Shown: piece after piece, positions 12,162 through 24,523 of the stretch | Layout of the letters: every line of letters begins with the position of its first letter | Position numbering within the stretch: the first letter of the stretch is position 1 | Assembly (NCBI GenBank): GCA_965225665.1 | Contig: OZ245322.1 | Coordinates: forward strand, 1,672,728-1,736,727 | Reading direction: 5' to 3' | DNA: 64,000 nt | Source: Rivularia sp. (in: cyanobacteria) | GTDB taxonomy: Bacteria > Cyanobacteriota > Cyanobacteriia > Cyanobacteriales > Nostocaceae | The notes under the pieces: model-generated | What the model saw: the letters and a program-made list of their open reading frames with translations, nothing else | Told to the model about the DNA's origin: nothing | The model's database searches: none | Position numbers and translations under genes: made by a program

Positions 12162-12455
12162 ATGAGCCAAATATCCCGCGTCGTAGTTTCTCTTGACGGA
12201 GAAAATTTAATCAGCTTTGAGCAAGCAGCGACAATTACCCAAACCTCAGTTACCGTCATCGAACGCTTTACCAGCCTGGGTTTAATAGAGCCAGAAGGAG
12301 CAATGTTACGTCCTCAAGATGTAACTCGCATCATTCAAATTATTCGTTTGCGTCAAGATTTAGGATTGAATTTAATTGGTGCATCAATGGTATTGGAAAT
12401 GGCACAAGAAATAGCTCAATTAAAATCGCAAGTAGAAGCTTTGAGGAAACAGTGA
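12162..12455 (+). CDS. cbpM: Chaperone modulator CbpM (MerR-like HTH)
   Basis: GLIEP, RLRQDLGLNLIGASMVLE motif; downstream of the cbpA-like gene. Confidence 0.8.
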   Translation: MSQISRVVVSLDGENLISFEQAATITQTSVTVIERFTSLGLIEPEGAMLRPQDVTRIIQIIRLRQDLGLNLIGASMVLEMAQEIAQLKSQVEALRKQ

Positions 12456-12543
12456 ACAGTGAACAGTGAACAGTGAGCAGTGAACAAGATAATACAGATA
12501 TTGTTTCTCAAGAACAAAATCGTCAAATGCACGCTGGAAGTAG

Positions 12544-15300
12544 TTAGTTTACCGATTGCTTGAGGTTAAGGCTTTTGTGTAGCAATTCCTCAACTTCTTC
12601 TAATTCAAATTGCTTTAATAACTGGACAATTTTTTGAGTAAAGGGTAGATAAGAATTGTCTTTTTGAGCAATTTCTTCAACCGTTTTCATTAGCTTGCTC
12701 AGCGAACCATTCTGCGACAATGCTAATAAAGTCTGTAAATCTTCTGTGCTTGGTAAAATTAGCTCTGCATTATTATCTTCATTAATTTGAGTGGCTGATT
12801 CTATTTCTGTTTCGTCATATTTCCAAGTTAGCTGTAGATGTTTGGCAAGAATGATAAATAATTCTTCTGCATCTACAGGTTTGGGCAGAAAATCATTAGC
12901 ACCTGCATCTAAACTGCTAGTTCGATCTATATCCGATACTGATGCCGATGAAATAATCGTAGTTATATGTTTGATTTCAGAATCATTGCGTAACTGTTTG
13001 AGCATTTCAAAGCCGTCCATTTCCGGCATCATAATGTCAGTTAGAATCAAATCGAATGGTTGTTGTTTGGCTTTGACTAATGCTTCTTTACCGTTTTCTG
13101 CTTCAGTTAATTTAAAATTAAGCGGCTTTAGTAATTCCATCAAAACTGAGCGGTTTTCCCATAAATCATCCACGATTAGAAGATGGCGAGGAACACCTTC
13201 ATAACCTACGATTTGTTCTTGATTATCTACTGAAATTTGTTTTGCCCATCTGTCAGAAATAGCTAAGCTGACTTCAAAACTGAAAGTACTACCGCTACCA
13301 AGTTGACTTTCAACTTCAATCTTGCTACCCATAAGTTCAACAATTTTTTGACTAATTGCTAAACCTAAACCCGTTCCCTCCGCTTGCCGTTTTTTATCGC
13401 CTACTTGCTCGAAGGAAGCGAAGATTTGCGCTTGCTCGCTATCGGCAATACCAATTCCTGTATCTTCAATTTGGAAAACGATCGAAGCGATGGATTGTTC
13501 GGTTGTTGATGCTTCTGAATTAATGTATTTGATGCGGAAGGCGACGCTGCCTTGCTCGGTAAATTTGATGGCATTGCTGAGGAGGTTAATTAATACTTGG
13601 CGCAGTCGTTTTTCATCTGCCAAAATACCTGTGGGAAGATTAGCATCTGGTTCGTAAATCAAGTCAATTCCTTTTTTTTCAGCCTGCACATGACAGATTT
13701 CCATTACTCCTTGCAAGAAAGCAGGAAAGTGAATCTCTTTGAATTCTAATTCTAATTTACGAGCTTCTATCTTAGAAATATCTAAAATGTCATTAATCAG
13801 GGTAAGTAGATGAGAAGCGCATTGGTGAATAATTTGAACTCCACGATCTTCTTTTTCTTTTAATTGTTTAGAGCGTTTAAGAATCTGGGCATAGCCTAAA
13901 ATACCGTTGAGGGGGGTACGAAGTTCGTGACTCATGTTCGCCAAAAATTCACTTTTGGCATGATTGGCAGCATCAGCAATTTCTTTCGCTTCCTTTAATT
14001 CTTCAGTGCGTGCCTCAACCCGATTTTCTAAGACTTCATTACTTTGGTGCAGTGCATTAAATGCAGATTGCAGTTGGGCAGCCATGCGGTTAAAAGCCTG
14101 GGCTAAAATATCAATCTCATTGACTTGAGATTTACCGACATTTTGATCTAGCTTACCTGTGGCGATCGCCTCGGAAGCTTGGCTCAACATCATGATAGGC
14201 TTGGTAATCCAGCGAGAGGTGAAAATACCTAAGAGTGTGGCAATACCCAGAGCAGCTAAACATAGCAAAATAGTGGTGTGGGTATTAGCATCGATTTGTC
14301 CCATAAAGTCAGATTCGGGAACAACAACAATACTCAGCCAATCCACGCCCCTTCCATCGTTAATCGGCAACACCTGAACAAACTGACGCTCACCTTGGAA
14401 ATCAAATTCTAATTGATGACTTTTGGTAATTTTATTAAGACTGCCAAATCTTCGATCTAAATATTTCGCAGTGGCACTAATAATACTGTCGCTAGAATTT
14501 ACAGCTTTAATTCTGCCAACTTTTTTGCCTTCAACAATATAAGGCTGCTCGATTTTTGAGCTAGCAACCATGTTTCCATTTCTTTCAATAACAAAGGTTT
14601 GTCCCGTACTACCAATTTTAATACTTGCTAAAAAATCGCTAATTTGTCCGACTTCAAAAAGATTTTGCAGAACCCCTAAGAGTTTGCCCGATTTATCGTA
14701 AATAGGTTGAGAAGGAGAAATCGCAACAACGGGACGATTGCTAGCTGCTCTAGCGTAAAACGGACTCCAAAAAGGAGCATTTGCTTTAACAGTAGTTGTG
14801 TACCAAGGGCGGGTTCGAGGATCGTATTCTTTCGACTTAATCAGTTTGATGCGATCGCCACGATTATCAAGGCTGTACACTTCCCGAATCGGCGCGGTGG
14901 AAGCATCTCGATATCGAGCCACCAGTCGATCTTCTTGCACTCGCTCGACAGCAACGTTGTATCCATCCACGCTGCCAAACTGAAGATAGTTGACGATTTT
15001 TTTATCTACCAATCGCCAGAAATATAGTTCTAGAGCCGGTAAATCGTTGACATCAATTTGTCCCGCTTCCATAGCCTCGGCAACCACCGCATTAACCGTA
15101 TGAGGATCGTTGAGGTAAGAAAAAACTCGTAGCTTAATGCGATCGCTGACTTCACTTCTTAGTTGACTGGCAACATCATTGACTGCCTTATGTCCGTTGC
15201 GGAGGGAAAGCCAACCAGTTAATCCCACCGCAGCAAAAATTTGCAGAATAAAGGGTAAAATTAATAACAGTTGCAAAGATATTTTTTTAGAATTATTCAT
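12544..15300 (-). CDS. Hybrid sensor histidine kinase: TM-dCache-TM-HAMP-HisKA-HATPase-REC plus C-terminal helical domain
   Basis: YDPRTRPWY Cache motif, [27 protein letters not shown] with LILTDIMMP. Confidence 0.92.
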   Translation of the reverse strand: MNNSKKISLQLLLILPFILQIFAAVGLTGWLSLRNGHKAVNDVASQLRSEVSDRIKLRVFSYLNDPHTVNAVVAEAMEAGQIDVNDLPALELYFWRLVDKKIVNYLQFGSVDGYNVAVERVQEDRLVARYRDASTAPIREVYSLDNRGDRIKLIKSKEYDPRTRPWYTTTVKANAPFWSPFYARAASNRPVVAISPSQPIYDKSGKLLGVLQNLFEVGQISDFLASIKIGSTGQTFVIERNGNMVASSKIEQPYIVEGKKVGRIKAVNSSDSIISATAKYLDRRFGSLNKITKSHQLEFDFQGERQFVQVLPINDGRGVDWLSIVVVPESDFMGQIDANTHTTILLCLAALGIATLLGIFTSRWITKPIMMLSQASEAIATGKLDQNVGKSQVNEIDILAQAFNRMAAQLQSAFNALHQSNEVLENRVEARTEELKEAKEIADAANHAKSEFLANMSHELRTPLNGILGYAQILKRSKQLKEKEDRGVQIIHQCASHLLTLINDILDISKIEARKLELEFKEIHFPAFLQGVMEICHVQAEKKGIDLIYEPDANLPTGILADEKRLRQVLINLLSNAIKFTEQGSVAFRIKYINSEASTTEQSIASIVFQIEDTGIGIADSEQAQIFASFEQVGDKKRQAEGTGLGLAISQKIVELMGSKIEVESQLGSGSTFSFEVSLAISDRWAKQISVDNQEQIVGYEGVPRHLLIVDDLWENRSVLMELLKPLNFKLTEAENGKEALVKAKQQPFDLILTDIMMPEMDGFEMLKQLRNDSEIKHITTIISSASVSDIDRTSSLDAGANDFLPKPVDAEELFIILAKHLQLTWKYDETEIESATQINEDNNAELILPSTEDLQTLLALSQNGSLSKLMKTVEEIAQKDNSYLPFTQKIVQLLKQFELEEVEELLHKSLNLKQSVN

Positions 15301-15543
15301 TATTACTATTTGAATAAATAAGGATAAATTAAAGTCAAGGCAATTCGTAATTGCTTAGAGGTTGTTTGAAATAGCCTAATTTCATACTTCACCTGACGCT
15401 TGAAACCGCAGTTCCCGCGCAACGAACTGGCTTAGCTACATAAACAAAACCCCTCCGGCTTCATATCGGTGAATAATGAGCAGTCTAGTAGCGGTTTTTA
15501 CCACCGGATATGAAAGCATCCTCTTAATCATGTTAGTTTGCCT

Positions 15544-15552
15544 AGTATTCCC
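15544..15552 (-). promoter_or_regulatory. J-box (SigJ-type promoter element) GGGAATACT, 244 bp upstream of the 15300 start
   Basis: Exact GGGAATACT on the coding strand, preceded by T, in intergenic DNA. Confidence 0.6.
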
Positions 15553-15636
15553 AAATAATTGAAAAAACAAGCACAATTTAGTTATTAATTTTTAATTTAT
15601 TAAGTTAATTTAAAAATTTATTCAGATATAACTAGT

Positions 15637-17569
15637 TTAATAATTACCTTTGCCAAGGCTTTCTTGGAGCAGTTCCTCTATTTTTTCAAGTTCGCATTGC
15701 TTCGCTAAATACACAACTTTATGAGTAAAAGGCAGACAATCGCCATGCAGACCAATTTCTTCAGCAGTTTTCATTAGTTTGCTTAATGAACCATCCCGCG
15801 TTAATTTCAACAAAATCTGTAAATCTTCAGCGGTTGGTAAAACTAGTTCTGCCTGATTATCTTCACCGATGCTAGGAACTGAGGTAGAGTCAGCTTTCTC
15901 ATATTTCCAAGTTAGCTGAGGAACACCTTCATAAGCGATAAATTGCTCTTCGTTATTCACCGAATCCTGTTGTGTCAAGTTTTCAGAAAGACCCTAAGTT
16001 GACTTCAAAGCTGAAAGTACTACCTAACCCCAGTTGGCTCTCAATTTGAATTTTGCTACCCATAAGTTCAACAATTTTCTGACTAATTGCTAAACCTAAC
16101 CCCGTTCCTTCAATTTGGTATTTTTTATTACTTCCTTGCTCAAAGGAACGAAAGATTTTTGCCCGCTCGCTATCAGAAATACCGATACCTGTATCTTCTA
16201 CTTGGAAGCGAATACAATTAATAGATTGTTTGGCTAGTTTTTCAGATTTAATGTATTTTACTCTAAAAATAATGCTGCCTTGCTCGGTAAATTTGATAGC
16301 ATTGTTGAGGAGGTTTATTAATACTTGGCGCAGTCGTTTTTCATCAGCTAAGATAACTGTGGGGAGATTCAGATCGGGTTCATAAACAAAGGTAATTGCT
16401 TTTTCTTCTGCCTGCAAGCGACAGATTTCTATCGCTCCTTGCAAGAAATAAGGAAAGTGAATCTCTTTGAATTCCAATTCAAATTTGCCAGCTTCTATCT
16501 TAGAAATATCTAGAATGTCATTAATAACGGTGAGTAGATGAGAACCGCATTCGTAAATAATTTGCAGCCCATGATGTTCTTTTTCTTTTAATTCTTTTGA
16601 CTGTAGGAGAACCTGAGCATAGCCCAAAATACCGTTAAGAGGGGTACGAAGTTCGTGGCTCATGTTCGCCAGAAATTCACTTTTAGCTTGATTGGCTGCA
16701 TCAGCAACTTCTTTGCTATATTCGAGTTTTTCTGTATAGATTTGCTGTTCAAGTAAAAGTTGGTTGACACGATGAATAAGTTGATTAAAAGAAGAAGATA
16801 GCAATCCTACTTCGTCTTTGCTTTCAAGGTGAGCTTGTAGAGTAAAGTTATTTTCTTTAGTAACCTGTAAGGCGATTTGATTTAAAGTTTGGATAGGATA
16901 GGCAATCGTTCTACTAATATACACAGCTAGAATAATCCCGATCGCGATAGATATTACCAAACTTATAATGATAATTTGAGTACGGTTTTTTTCTGCCTGA
17001 AATAAGTAAGTTTGATTATAATTTTCTTGCTGTTCTGCAATCTCATAAAACTCAGTTAATCGATCTGAAAATTCAACAAAATCAGCAAACTCTTGGCTTT
17101 TTGCTAAATTCACCACCAGCTTTTCGGCTTTTTCTCTGTTGTCGGGTGATGCGATTAATAATGCATCTATCTCAGCGATAATATTTCGTGACAGCTCGGC
17201 AAACTCAGCAACGGTTATCTCATAATCTTCAAGTAGTGGCTGTAACCCTTTTAAAGTAGTAGCTCTAGCCGATTGATTATGGGTAGTCAACACTGCTTGA
17301 ATTTTTTCGATGCGCTCAATTAACTTCACGCCTTCGTTACGGAAAGCTTGCCGATTTTGCAAATGGGGCGTTAGTTGCTTAGTAAGACGATTGTACAAAA
17401 TATCAACTTGCAATTTGCTGAGAAATTTTCTTTCACTAGAAGCTCTTCGTTGAGCTTGTAGTGCCTGTTGCTGATGATGGTTTCCTACAAATAATCCTAT
17501 TCCCGTTCCTACTAGTGCAATTCCCAATGCGAGTACGTAACCGTAAATAATTTTATTTCTAATTTTCAT
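15637..17569 (-). CDS. HAMP histidine kinase paralog lacking the receiver domain but keeping the C-terminal helical domain (~643 aa after repair)
   Basis: ORFs 15983-17569 and 15637-15978 join by removing one base at CCC 15992-15994 ([14 protein letters not shown]). HisKA/HATPase closely resemble 12544-15300; YEGVP is followed directly by QLTWKY. Confidence 0.8.
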
Positions 17570-17702
17570 ACTTAATTACCGGCTTTGCATTTATTGAAAG
17601 TTGTAAGCAATGCCAGTGTGCGCTTCTCGATACGATAGATAATGAAGATGTATTTCCTCTGAGTGAAAACCATACTGCTAAATCCCTGATGCTTTTAGAT
17701 TT

Positions 17703-17711
17703 AGTATTCCC
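17703..17711 (-). promoter_or_regulatory. J-box GGGAATACT, 134 bp upstream of the 17569 start
   Basis: Exact match on the coding strand in intergenic DNA. Confidence 0.65.
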
Positions 17712-17798
17712 ACAGCAAACCGAATAAACTAGACATATATAAAAATATTTTCATAGTTATTGCAACCAAAGCCTATAGGAATATTATATTTTATCTAA

Positions 17799-20700
17799 TT
17801 ATTTAATAGGCAATTCAATTAAAAATTCTGTTCCTTCTCCTAATATTGAATTACAACTCAAATTACCCCGATGTTTTTCTACGACAATTGAATAGCTTGT
17901 TGATAAACCTAAACCCGTACCGCTACCGACGGGTTTTGTTGTAAAAAATGGGTCAAATATCTTATTTAAGATTGTTTTATTAATTCCAACGCCATTATCT
18001 TTGATACCAATTAATATATTTTGTTTATCTTTAAGTGAAGTACTAATTGTAATTATTGGTTTATCTTCCTGCTTTGCTCGCAAAGCATAAGTCGCATTAC
18101 CGATGATATTTAGAAACACCTGATTTAATTGAGAAGCATAGCAGTTAATTTGTGGAAGTTGACTATAGTTTTTAATTACTTCAATTTCTGAATATTTACT
18201 ATTTGAATTGATTTGATGCTGCAAAATTAATAGAGTGCTATCAATTCCAGAGTGAATATCTACGGGTTTTAACTCGGCTTCATCTAAGCGAGAGAAGTTT
18301 CTTAATGACAGAACAATTTCACGAATCCGCTCTGCACCTATTTTCATAGAATTAAGTAATTTTGGTAAATCGTCAATTATAAAATCGAATTCGATATCTA
18401 CAATTTTTGATTCAATTTCTTTTAGAGGTTGAGAATATAGATTTTGATACAAATCAATTAATTCAACTAAAGATTTTACGTATTCCGAAGCTGGGGTAAG
18501 ATTAGCGTAAATAAAGCTGATGGGATTGTTGATTTCGTGAGCGATACCGGCGACAAGTTGCCCCAAGCCGGACATTTTTTCAGTTTGAATCAGTTGGGCT
18601 TGAGTGCGTTGCAGTTGTTTTAACGTTTGGGTTAATTCTTGAGTACGTTGTTCAACTTTTTGCTCTAAAGTATAAGAATAATCTTCTAATTTGCTGTAAA
18701 GTTGAGCGTTTTCTAAAGAAATTGCAGCTTGGGTACAAAGTAAATTAAGAATGTCAACACGATTTTTTGTAAATGCACCAATCGTCAAGTTGTTTTCTAA
18801 ATACAATAATCCGATTAATTTACTTCGGTTCAAAATCGGCATACACAGCAAACTTTTGGGTTGTTGCAGTATTAAATATGAATCTGCGATAAAATCCGGG
18901 TGTTGTGCCGCATTATCTAATAGAACTGTTTTTAAGTTGCGTTTGACATAGTTAACTATTTTGTTGGGGATGTCTTTGCTGTTTTCACATGGTAAATCTA
19001 GCAGCTTAATATTTTCTTCTGTATTAGCTACTGCTTTTAACACTAAGGTATTATTTTTGAGCAACACTAAAGCAGCTTTTTGCGCTCCTGCATTTTCTAT
19101 AACTACTTGCATTAGCTTGGAAATTAATTGTTCTAATTGAATTTCGCTTGATAAAACTTGTGTTGCTTTGAGAATGCTGGCTAAATCGAGCTTTTCTGAA
19201 ATACTGCTACTTGAACTGGTTACTTGGATAGTTTGACTAATATTTTCCGATTTATCGAGGTTTTTAAAATCATTTTTTTGCGTTTTTAATATGGGTGCAA
19301 GCATTTGAGGATAGCTTTTTTCTAAGCGATCAATTTTAGCTTTTGCTTCCCATTTTAAGTAACAATAGTATGCTTTTTGCATATAGCTTGCAGCGATTTG
19401 TTCTTTACTCCAATCTAAGTAGAATTTGGCAGCAAGTTCGTTAGCAAGAGCTTCTTCATGGATAAAATTATTTTCTTTAGCTGCTTCAATCGCTTTGTCA
19501 TAATTTTCAATTGCATTTGCGAAATCGCGATTAACTCGATTGATTTCGGCTTGTAGTAGAAAGTATTTATGTTGAAAATTTTGCGGACATTGTTCAGCCC
19601 AACTTTTTAACTTTTCTTGATGAGTTATTACCCTTTTCCAGTAATAATTTTGCTGTTCTTTCTCCATACTTGGTAACTGTTTGAGAAAGACTAAAGGAGT
19701 ATAAAAATGATATTCGCCAGAAGTCACAAAACCGGCGATCGCCAATGTCAATTTTTCTGCCTCTAGGGCATGATTTAAGGATACCTCGGGCTGGTTTAGC
19801 AAGTAAAATACCTGACACTGGTATATATGATAAATTGCAAGTGCTATTGGGCTTTGATACTGAGTTAATTTACTGTTGGGGTTATTTTTTCCTAACAAGT
19901 TAAAGACAGTAAACTGAAGCGCTGATAAGATTTCAAATGTTAACTGATTTTTGGTTTTCTCGGCGAAAGGCAACCAATTGCTAATTTGTTCGTGAAGTTG
20001 CTCAAGTTTCGTACCTTTAAAATGAAGAATACAACCCAAAGCAAACAAATTGTAACCTGCAAATTGGATTTCTCCAGATTCTAAACCTGCTTGATACCCA
20101 CTCAGAGCAAACTTTTGTGCATCAGCGATGGGTTGATTCCAACTTGTTAACCAAGCACTCAGCAGCAAACTAGCTTTACACAATTGTTCCTGTTTTTGAA
20201 ATATTTCGCTTAGATTATAAGCAAGTAAGCCAAATTCATAGCCGGTTTTATAATCTCCTAAAACCGTACCTAAAATTAATCCATAATTTGCATAGGCTTT
20301 CGCCGATTCCGCAGCGTTACCGTATTCTAAGGAAAGTAAAGCTGCTTTGAGAGAAACAAATATATACAGATTCCAATTCCCAGTAATATAAGTTGGTGGA
20401 TCGAGATTTAGCAAAAGCTTAATTGCTGCTTTCTTGTCTTCTTGCTTCATCATCGATTTGTGCAAGATAGAGACAATTTCTTGTTGCTTTAATTCGGTTG
20501 TAATTTTTTGTAATTGTTCGTCGATTGAAGATTGCAAGTTATCTTGAGGTATATGAATACCCAATAAACGAAGTCCCTTGTTCGCCAACTTTAATTGCTT
20601 GCTCGTATTTACCTTCTAACGTAAATCTAACTACTAAAAGGTTATAAAGGTCAGCTTTTTCAATGTCTGAATTTGCTTTTTTGAGAGTATCGTAGACTAA

Positions 20701-23215
20701 ATTTTCTGTTCGTTCAAAGTTACCATTAAGGTATTCAGCTTCTGCCAATTGTCGATACAGTTGAAAACTTAATTTATACTCATGTTCCCAGCAGTCGCCA
20801 GCGAGCAAACTAATTCCTTGATTTAGATAGCTAACAGCGGCAGTATATGCAGTTGAATTCTTAGCTTTTAGCCCTGCTTGTAAATTGAGTTGAGCGATTT
20901 TATGTTGATTTTTTGCATCTTTTTTACAATAGATCAGACCATTATTTAGTTGATTGACTAATTCAAAAATCTTTTCTTCTAACTGTTGTTCTGAAAGTGT
21001 TGTTAATAGCAGTTGTCCAATTTGCCAATGAGTTTTATGTTTATCTTCCTCTGGAATCAAAGAATAAGCAGCTTGTTGAATTCTGTCATGTAAGAATTTA
21101 TATTTAACTACTTGAGAAGTCTGAGAATTAATTTCTTGATTTTCTACTTGAATAAAAAACTTATAAACATCACTTTGCGGTAATATCAAACCTTTTTGCA
21201 AAGCACTCCACAAACAAGCTGCCGTTTCTGTCTTTGATTGTTCCGAAATAATCGCTAATGTTTCTAAATCAAATTTATTGCCAATACAAGCGGCTAATTT
21301 CAAAATATCTTGAGTTGATTCTGGTAACTTGCGTAATTGCAGTACCATAAATTTAACGACATCATCTGTTAAAGCTGCCGAGCGGACTTTGTTAATATTG
21401 CATTGCCAATAACCTGCTTGATTATCGAAGTTAATTAGTTCATCCTGATATAGCGCTTTCAAAAACTGAGTTGCGAAAAACGGATTACCTTTGGTTTTTT
21501 GATAGACAATATCAGTTAAAGGTTTTGCTAATTGACTCGAACATGAAAGAGTATGAGCAACCAAATGAATTAAACTTTTCTTACTTAAAGGTTTAAGGAT
21601 AATTGTATTAATTATTGTTCCGGCTTTTTTCACCCCATCTAATATCAACATCAAAGGATGAGCCGGGAAAACTTCATTATCTCGGTAAGCACCAATTAAT
21701 AATAAATAACCTGTTTGTAATTCACATAAAAGCAACTGCATTAACTTTAAAGATGCGGAATCAGCCCACTGTAAATCATCTAAGAAAATAACTAAAGGAT
21801 GTTCTTTAGTAGTAAAAACTTGAATAAATTTTTGAAATAATAAATTAAATCTATTTTGTGCCGCAGTACCCGATAATTCCGGTGCTGGTGGTTGCTGATT
21901 TATAATTAGTTCTAATTCAGGAATTACATCTATAATTACTTGGGCATTATTTCCTAAAGCCTGTAATATTTCGTGTTTCCAGCTTGACAATTGAGCATCC
22001 GATTCGGTTGTTAACTGCTCCATTAAATCCCGAAATGCTTGCACAAAGGCACTCAAAGGAATATTGCGGTTGAACTGATCGAATTTGCCTTTAATAAAAT
22101 AACCGCGTTGTTTTACTATTGGTTTATGAACCTCATTGACTAAAGCAGTTTTTCCAATACCAGAAAATCCTGCTACTAACATTAATTTCGCTTTCCCCTC
22201 GTTAGGCACTGCCAGGGAACGAGAAGTGACACCAGCAACTCTATCAAATGCTGATAATAATTGTTCAACTTCGCTTTCTCTTCCGTAGAGTTTTTCCGGA
22301 ATAATAAATCTATCACAAATATCTCTTTGAGCAATTTCAAAACTTTCGATCTTTCCGGTTTGTTTAATTTGGTTTAAACAAGTTTCTAAATCATGCTTTA
22401 ATCCCAAAGCACTTTGATATCTATCTTCGGCATTTTTCGCCATCAACTTGATGACAATATTACTAATAACCTGGTGAATCTCTTGTCCCCCTCTCCTTAC
22501 CAAGGAGAGGGTTAGGGTGAGGTTTTTTCATGTTTGGAGGAGTTTTCGCAATATGACAATGCACTAATTCCATTGCATCATCCGATTGAAAAGGCAATTC
22601 CCCCGTTAATAATTCAAACAAAGTTACACCGAATGCATAAAAATCAGCCCGGTAATCAATTCCTCGATTCATCCTTCCGGTTTGCTCTGGTGATAAATAT
22701 GCAAGCGTCCCTTCTAAACTATTAAAACTTTTAATTTCTTGAATTTCTTTAGGTAGTAAAGATGCAATACTAAAGTCAATTAATTTAACTTGTTTTTCGG
22801 AATTTATTAAAATATTGGCAGGTTTAATATCTTTATGAATAACGCGATTTTGATGAAGATGGTGGAGAATATCGCTAATTTGCACTGCAATTGATAAGAC
22901 ATCTTGTAGAGACGCGATTTTTTTCCCTAGCATATATTGACGTAGAGAAACCCCACCAAAATCTTCCATTACCAAAGCATAGCTATTTCGATAAGGTTCA
23001 AGACTGTAAAAAACAACAATACCGGGAATATTTAAGTTTTTTACAATTGTGTATTGATTGCGAAACTGTACTAACTCGCTGAAATCTGGTAATAAATTTT
23101 TAAGCAGCTTGATAACTACAGGTTTTTGGTCATTTTCTCGAACAGCACGATATACCAGGGTTCTCGAACCGTTGTAAAGTTGTTCTAATATGTGATATCC
23201 GGAGATGCTAACCAT
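17799..23215 (-). CDS. Trifunctional Ser/Thr kinase - AAA (P-loop) - helical repeats - GAF - His kinase (~1804 aa after repair)
   Basis: Three ORFs join by single-base removals at 22487-22491 and 20575-20577. Motifs: HKDIKPANILI, DFS, GFSGIGKT, FLDDLQWAD, GAF (LLCMPIL...GLLYLEN), AHEINNP, GTGLGLS. Confidence 0.9.
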
Positions 23216-23250
23216 GCTGCGTTGATTCCAGTCTAAATGCTTGTGGATTT

Positions 23251-23259
23251 AGTATTCCC
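23251..23259 (-). promoter_or_regulatory. J-box GGGAATACT, 36 bp upstream of the 23215 start
   Basis: Exact match; flanking context nearly identical to the box at 34937. Confidence 0.75.
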
Positions 23260-23416
23260 AAATCATTCACAAAACAATCAAAATCATTCTTAAACATAGA
23301 ATTAGATGGTTAGCAATCTTCGCATTTTATTTCCCGGTTGTCAGAAAGCAAGATACGAACATTACGAAAATTAATTGCAACAACTAGATATAAACTAAGG
23401 CATTAATTGTTATTTC

Positions 23417-24523
23417 TTAACGTGCCAAAATAATTTCAAAGATTGCTCCTTGGGGCTGGTTATTCCTAACATTAATTTTGCCTCCATGTGCTTCTACAAC
23501 CATTTTGCAAAAAGCTAAACCCAAGCCTATTTGAGAGACATCCGTCATTAAAGTTCCAATTTCGTATTTCTCGAAAATTTTGTGTTTCAATTCATCGGGA
23601 ACCCCCCGTCCACAGTCAATAACCTGAATTTTGCAATCACCAGATGCAAGGAATTCTGCCTTGACTACAATTTCACTATTAGCTGGAGAATATTTAATTG
23701 CATTTGAGATTAGATTATCCAGGGTTCGGTGCATCATTGTGATATCAACAAAGACTTTTCTGGGGGATTCTTCTGGTAATTGACCGATCAAAAGCTGATT
23801 TTTTCGAGTTGCAATCGTTTCAAAATTTGAGATGACAGACAAAATAAGTTCGCACAGGTTAACCTCCATACAATTAAGAGAAACTTGATCGGATTCGAGC
23901 AGTGCCATTGTCAGTAAATCATCAATTAATAGCTTTAGTGTTTGTGCCGACGAATAAATTCGAGACAGTTTATGCTGTTGCTTCTCTCTAGAATGGTTCC
24001 CACTTTTGAGAATCTCCACACCCAGCAATACATCAGTAAGGGGATTGCGGAGGTCGTGAACTACCATGTGAACCATGTCTTCCCGCAGTTTTAGCAGTGA
24101 TTGCAACTCGTCATACTGATGTTTAATTCGTAGCATCGAGTCAACTCTAGCCAGCAGTTCAATCGCATTAATCGGCTTGCTAATGAAATCATCGGCACCC
24201 GATTTTAGACAGTTAGCTAAATCTTGTTTACCGTTAAGAGCCGTAACCATAATAATGGGTACCGATCGCCACTGGGGCATTGCTTTAATCCGCCCGCAGG
24301 CTTCGATACCATCCATTCCCGGCATCATTACATCAAGTAAAATAATATCGGGTTTAAAGGTGTCAAGAGATCCGATCGCATCTTCTGCATTTGCCGCATA
24401 GTGCAATTGATAATCACGATCTTCCCCTGAAGAAGCTTTACTAACACCAACGCTCAACAAAGTTTCAATTACATCAAAATTACTGGGTTCGTCATCAACG
24501 ATTAATACGGATGGTTGATTCAT
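23417..24523 (-). CDS. Hybrid response regulator / histidine kinase (REC-HisKA-HATPase)
   Basis: VLIVDDE, ILLDVMMPGMDG, ISKP, VHDLRNPL, GLGLAFC; start overlaps the stop of the upstream gene by 4 bp. Confidence 0.9.
   Translation of the reverse strand: MNQPSVLIVDDEPSNFDVIETLLSVGVSKASSGEDRDYQLHYAANAEDAIGSLDTFKPDIILLDVMMPGMDGIEACGRIKAMPQWRSVPIIMVTALNGKQDLANCLKSGADDFISKPINAIELLARVDSMLRIKHQYDELQSLLKLREDMVHMVVHDLRNPLTDVLLGVEILKSGNHSREKQQHKLSRIYSSAQTLKLLIDDLLTMALLESDQVSLNCMEVNLCELILSVISNFETIATRKNQLLIGQLPEESPRKVFVDITMMHRTLDNLISNAIKYSPANSEIVVKAEFLASGDCKIQVIDCGRGVPDELKHKIFEKYEIGTLMTDVSQIGLGLAFCKMVVEAHGGKINVRNNQPQGAIFEIILAR

Noticed and set aside
12791-15027. Antisense ORFs over kinase and enzyme genes (e.g. 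12791-13204, 14707-15027, 27155-27741, 45419-45841, 49629-49917)
   Set aside because: They fully overlap well-supported genes on the opposite strand and have no motifs.
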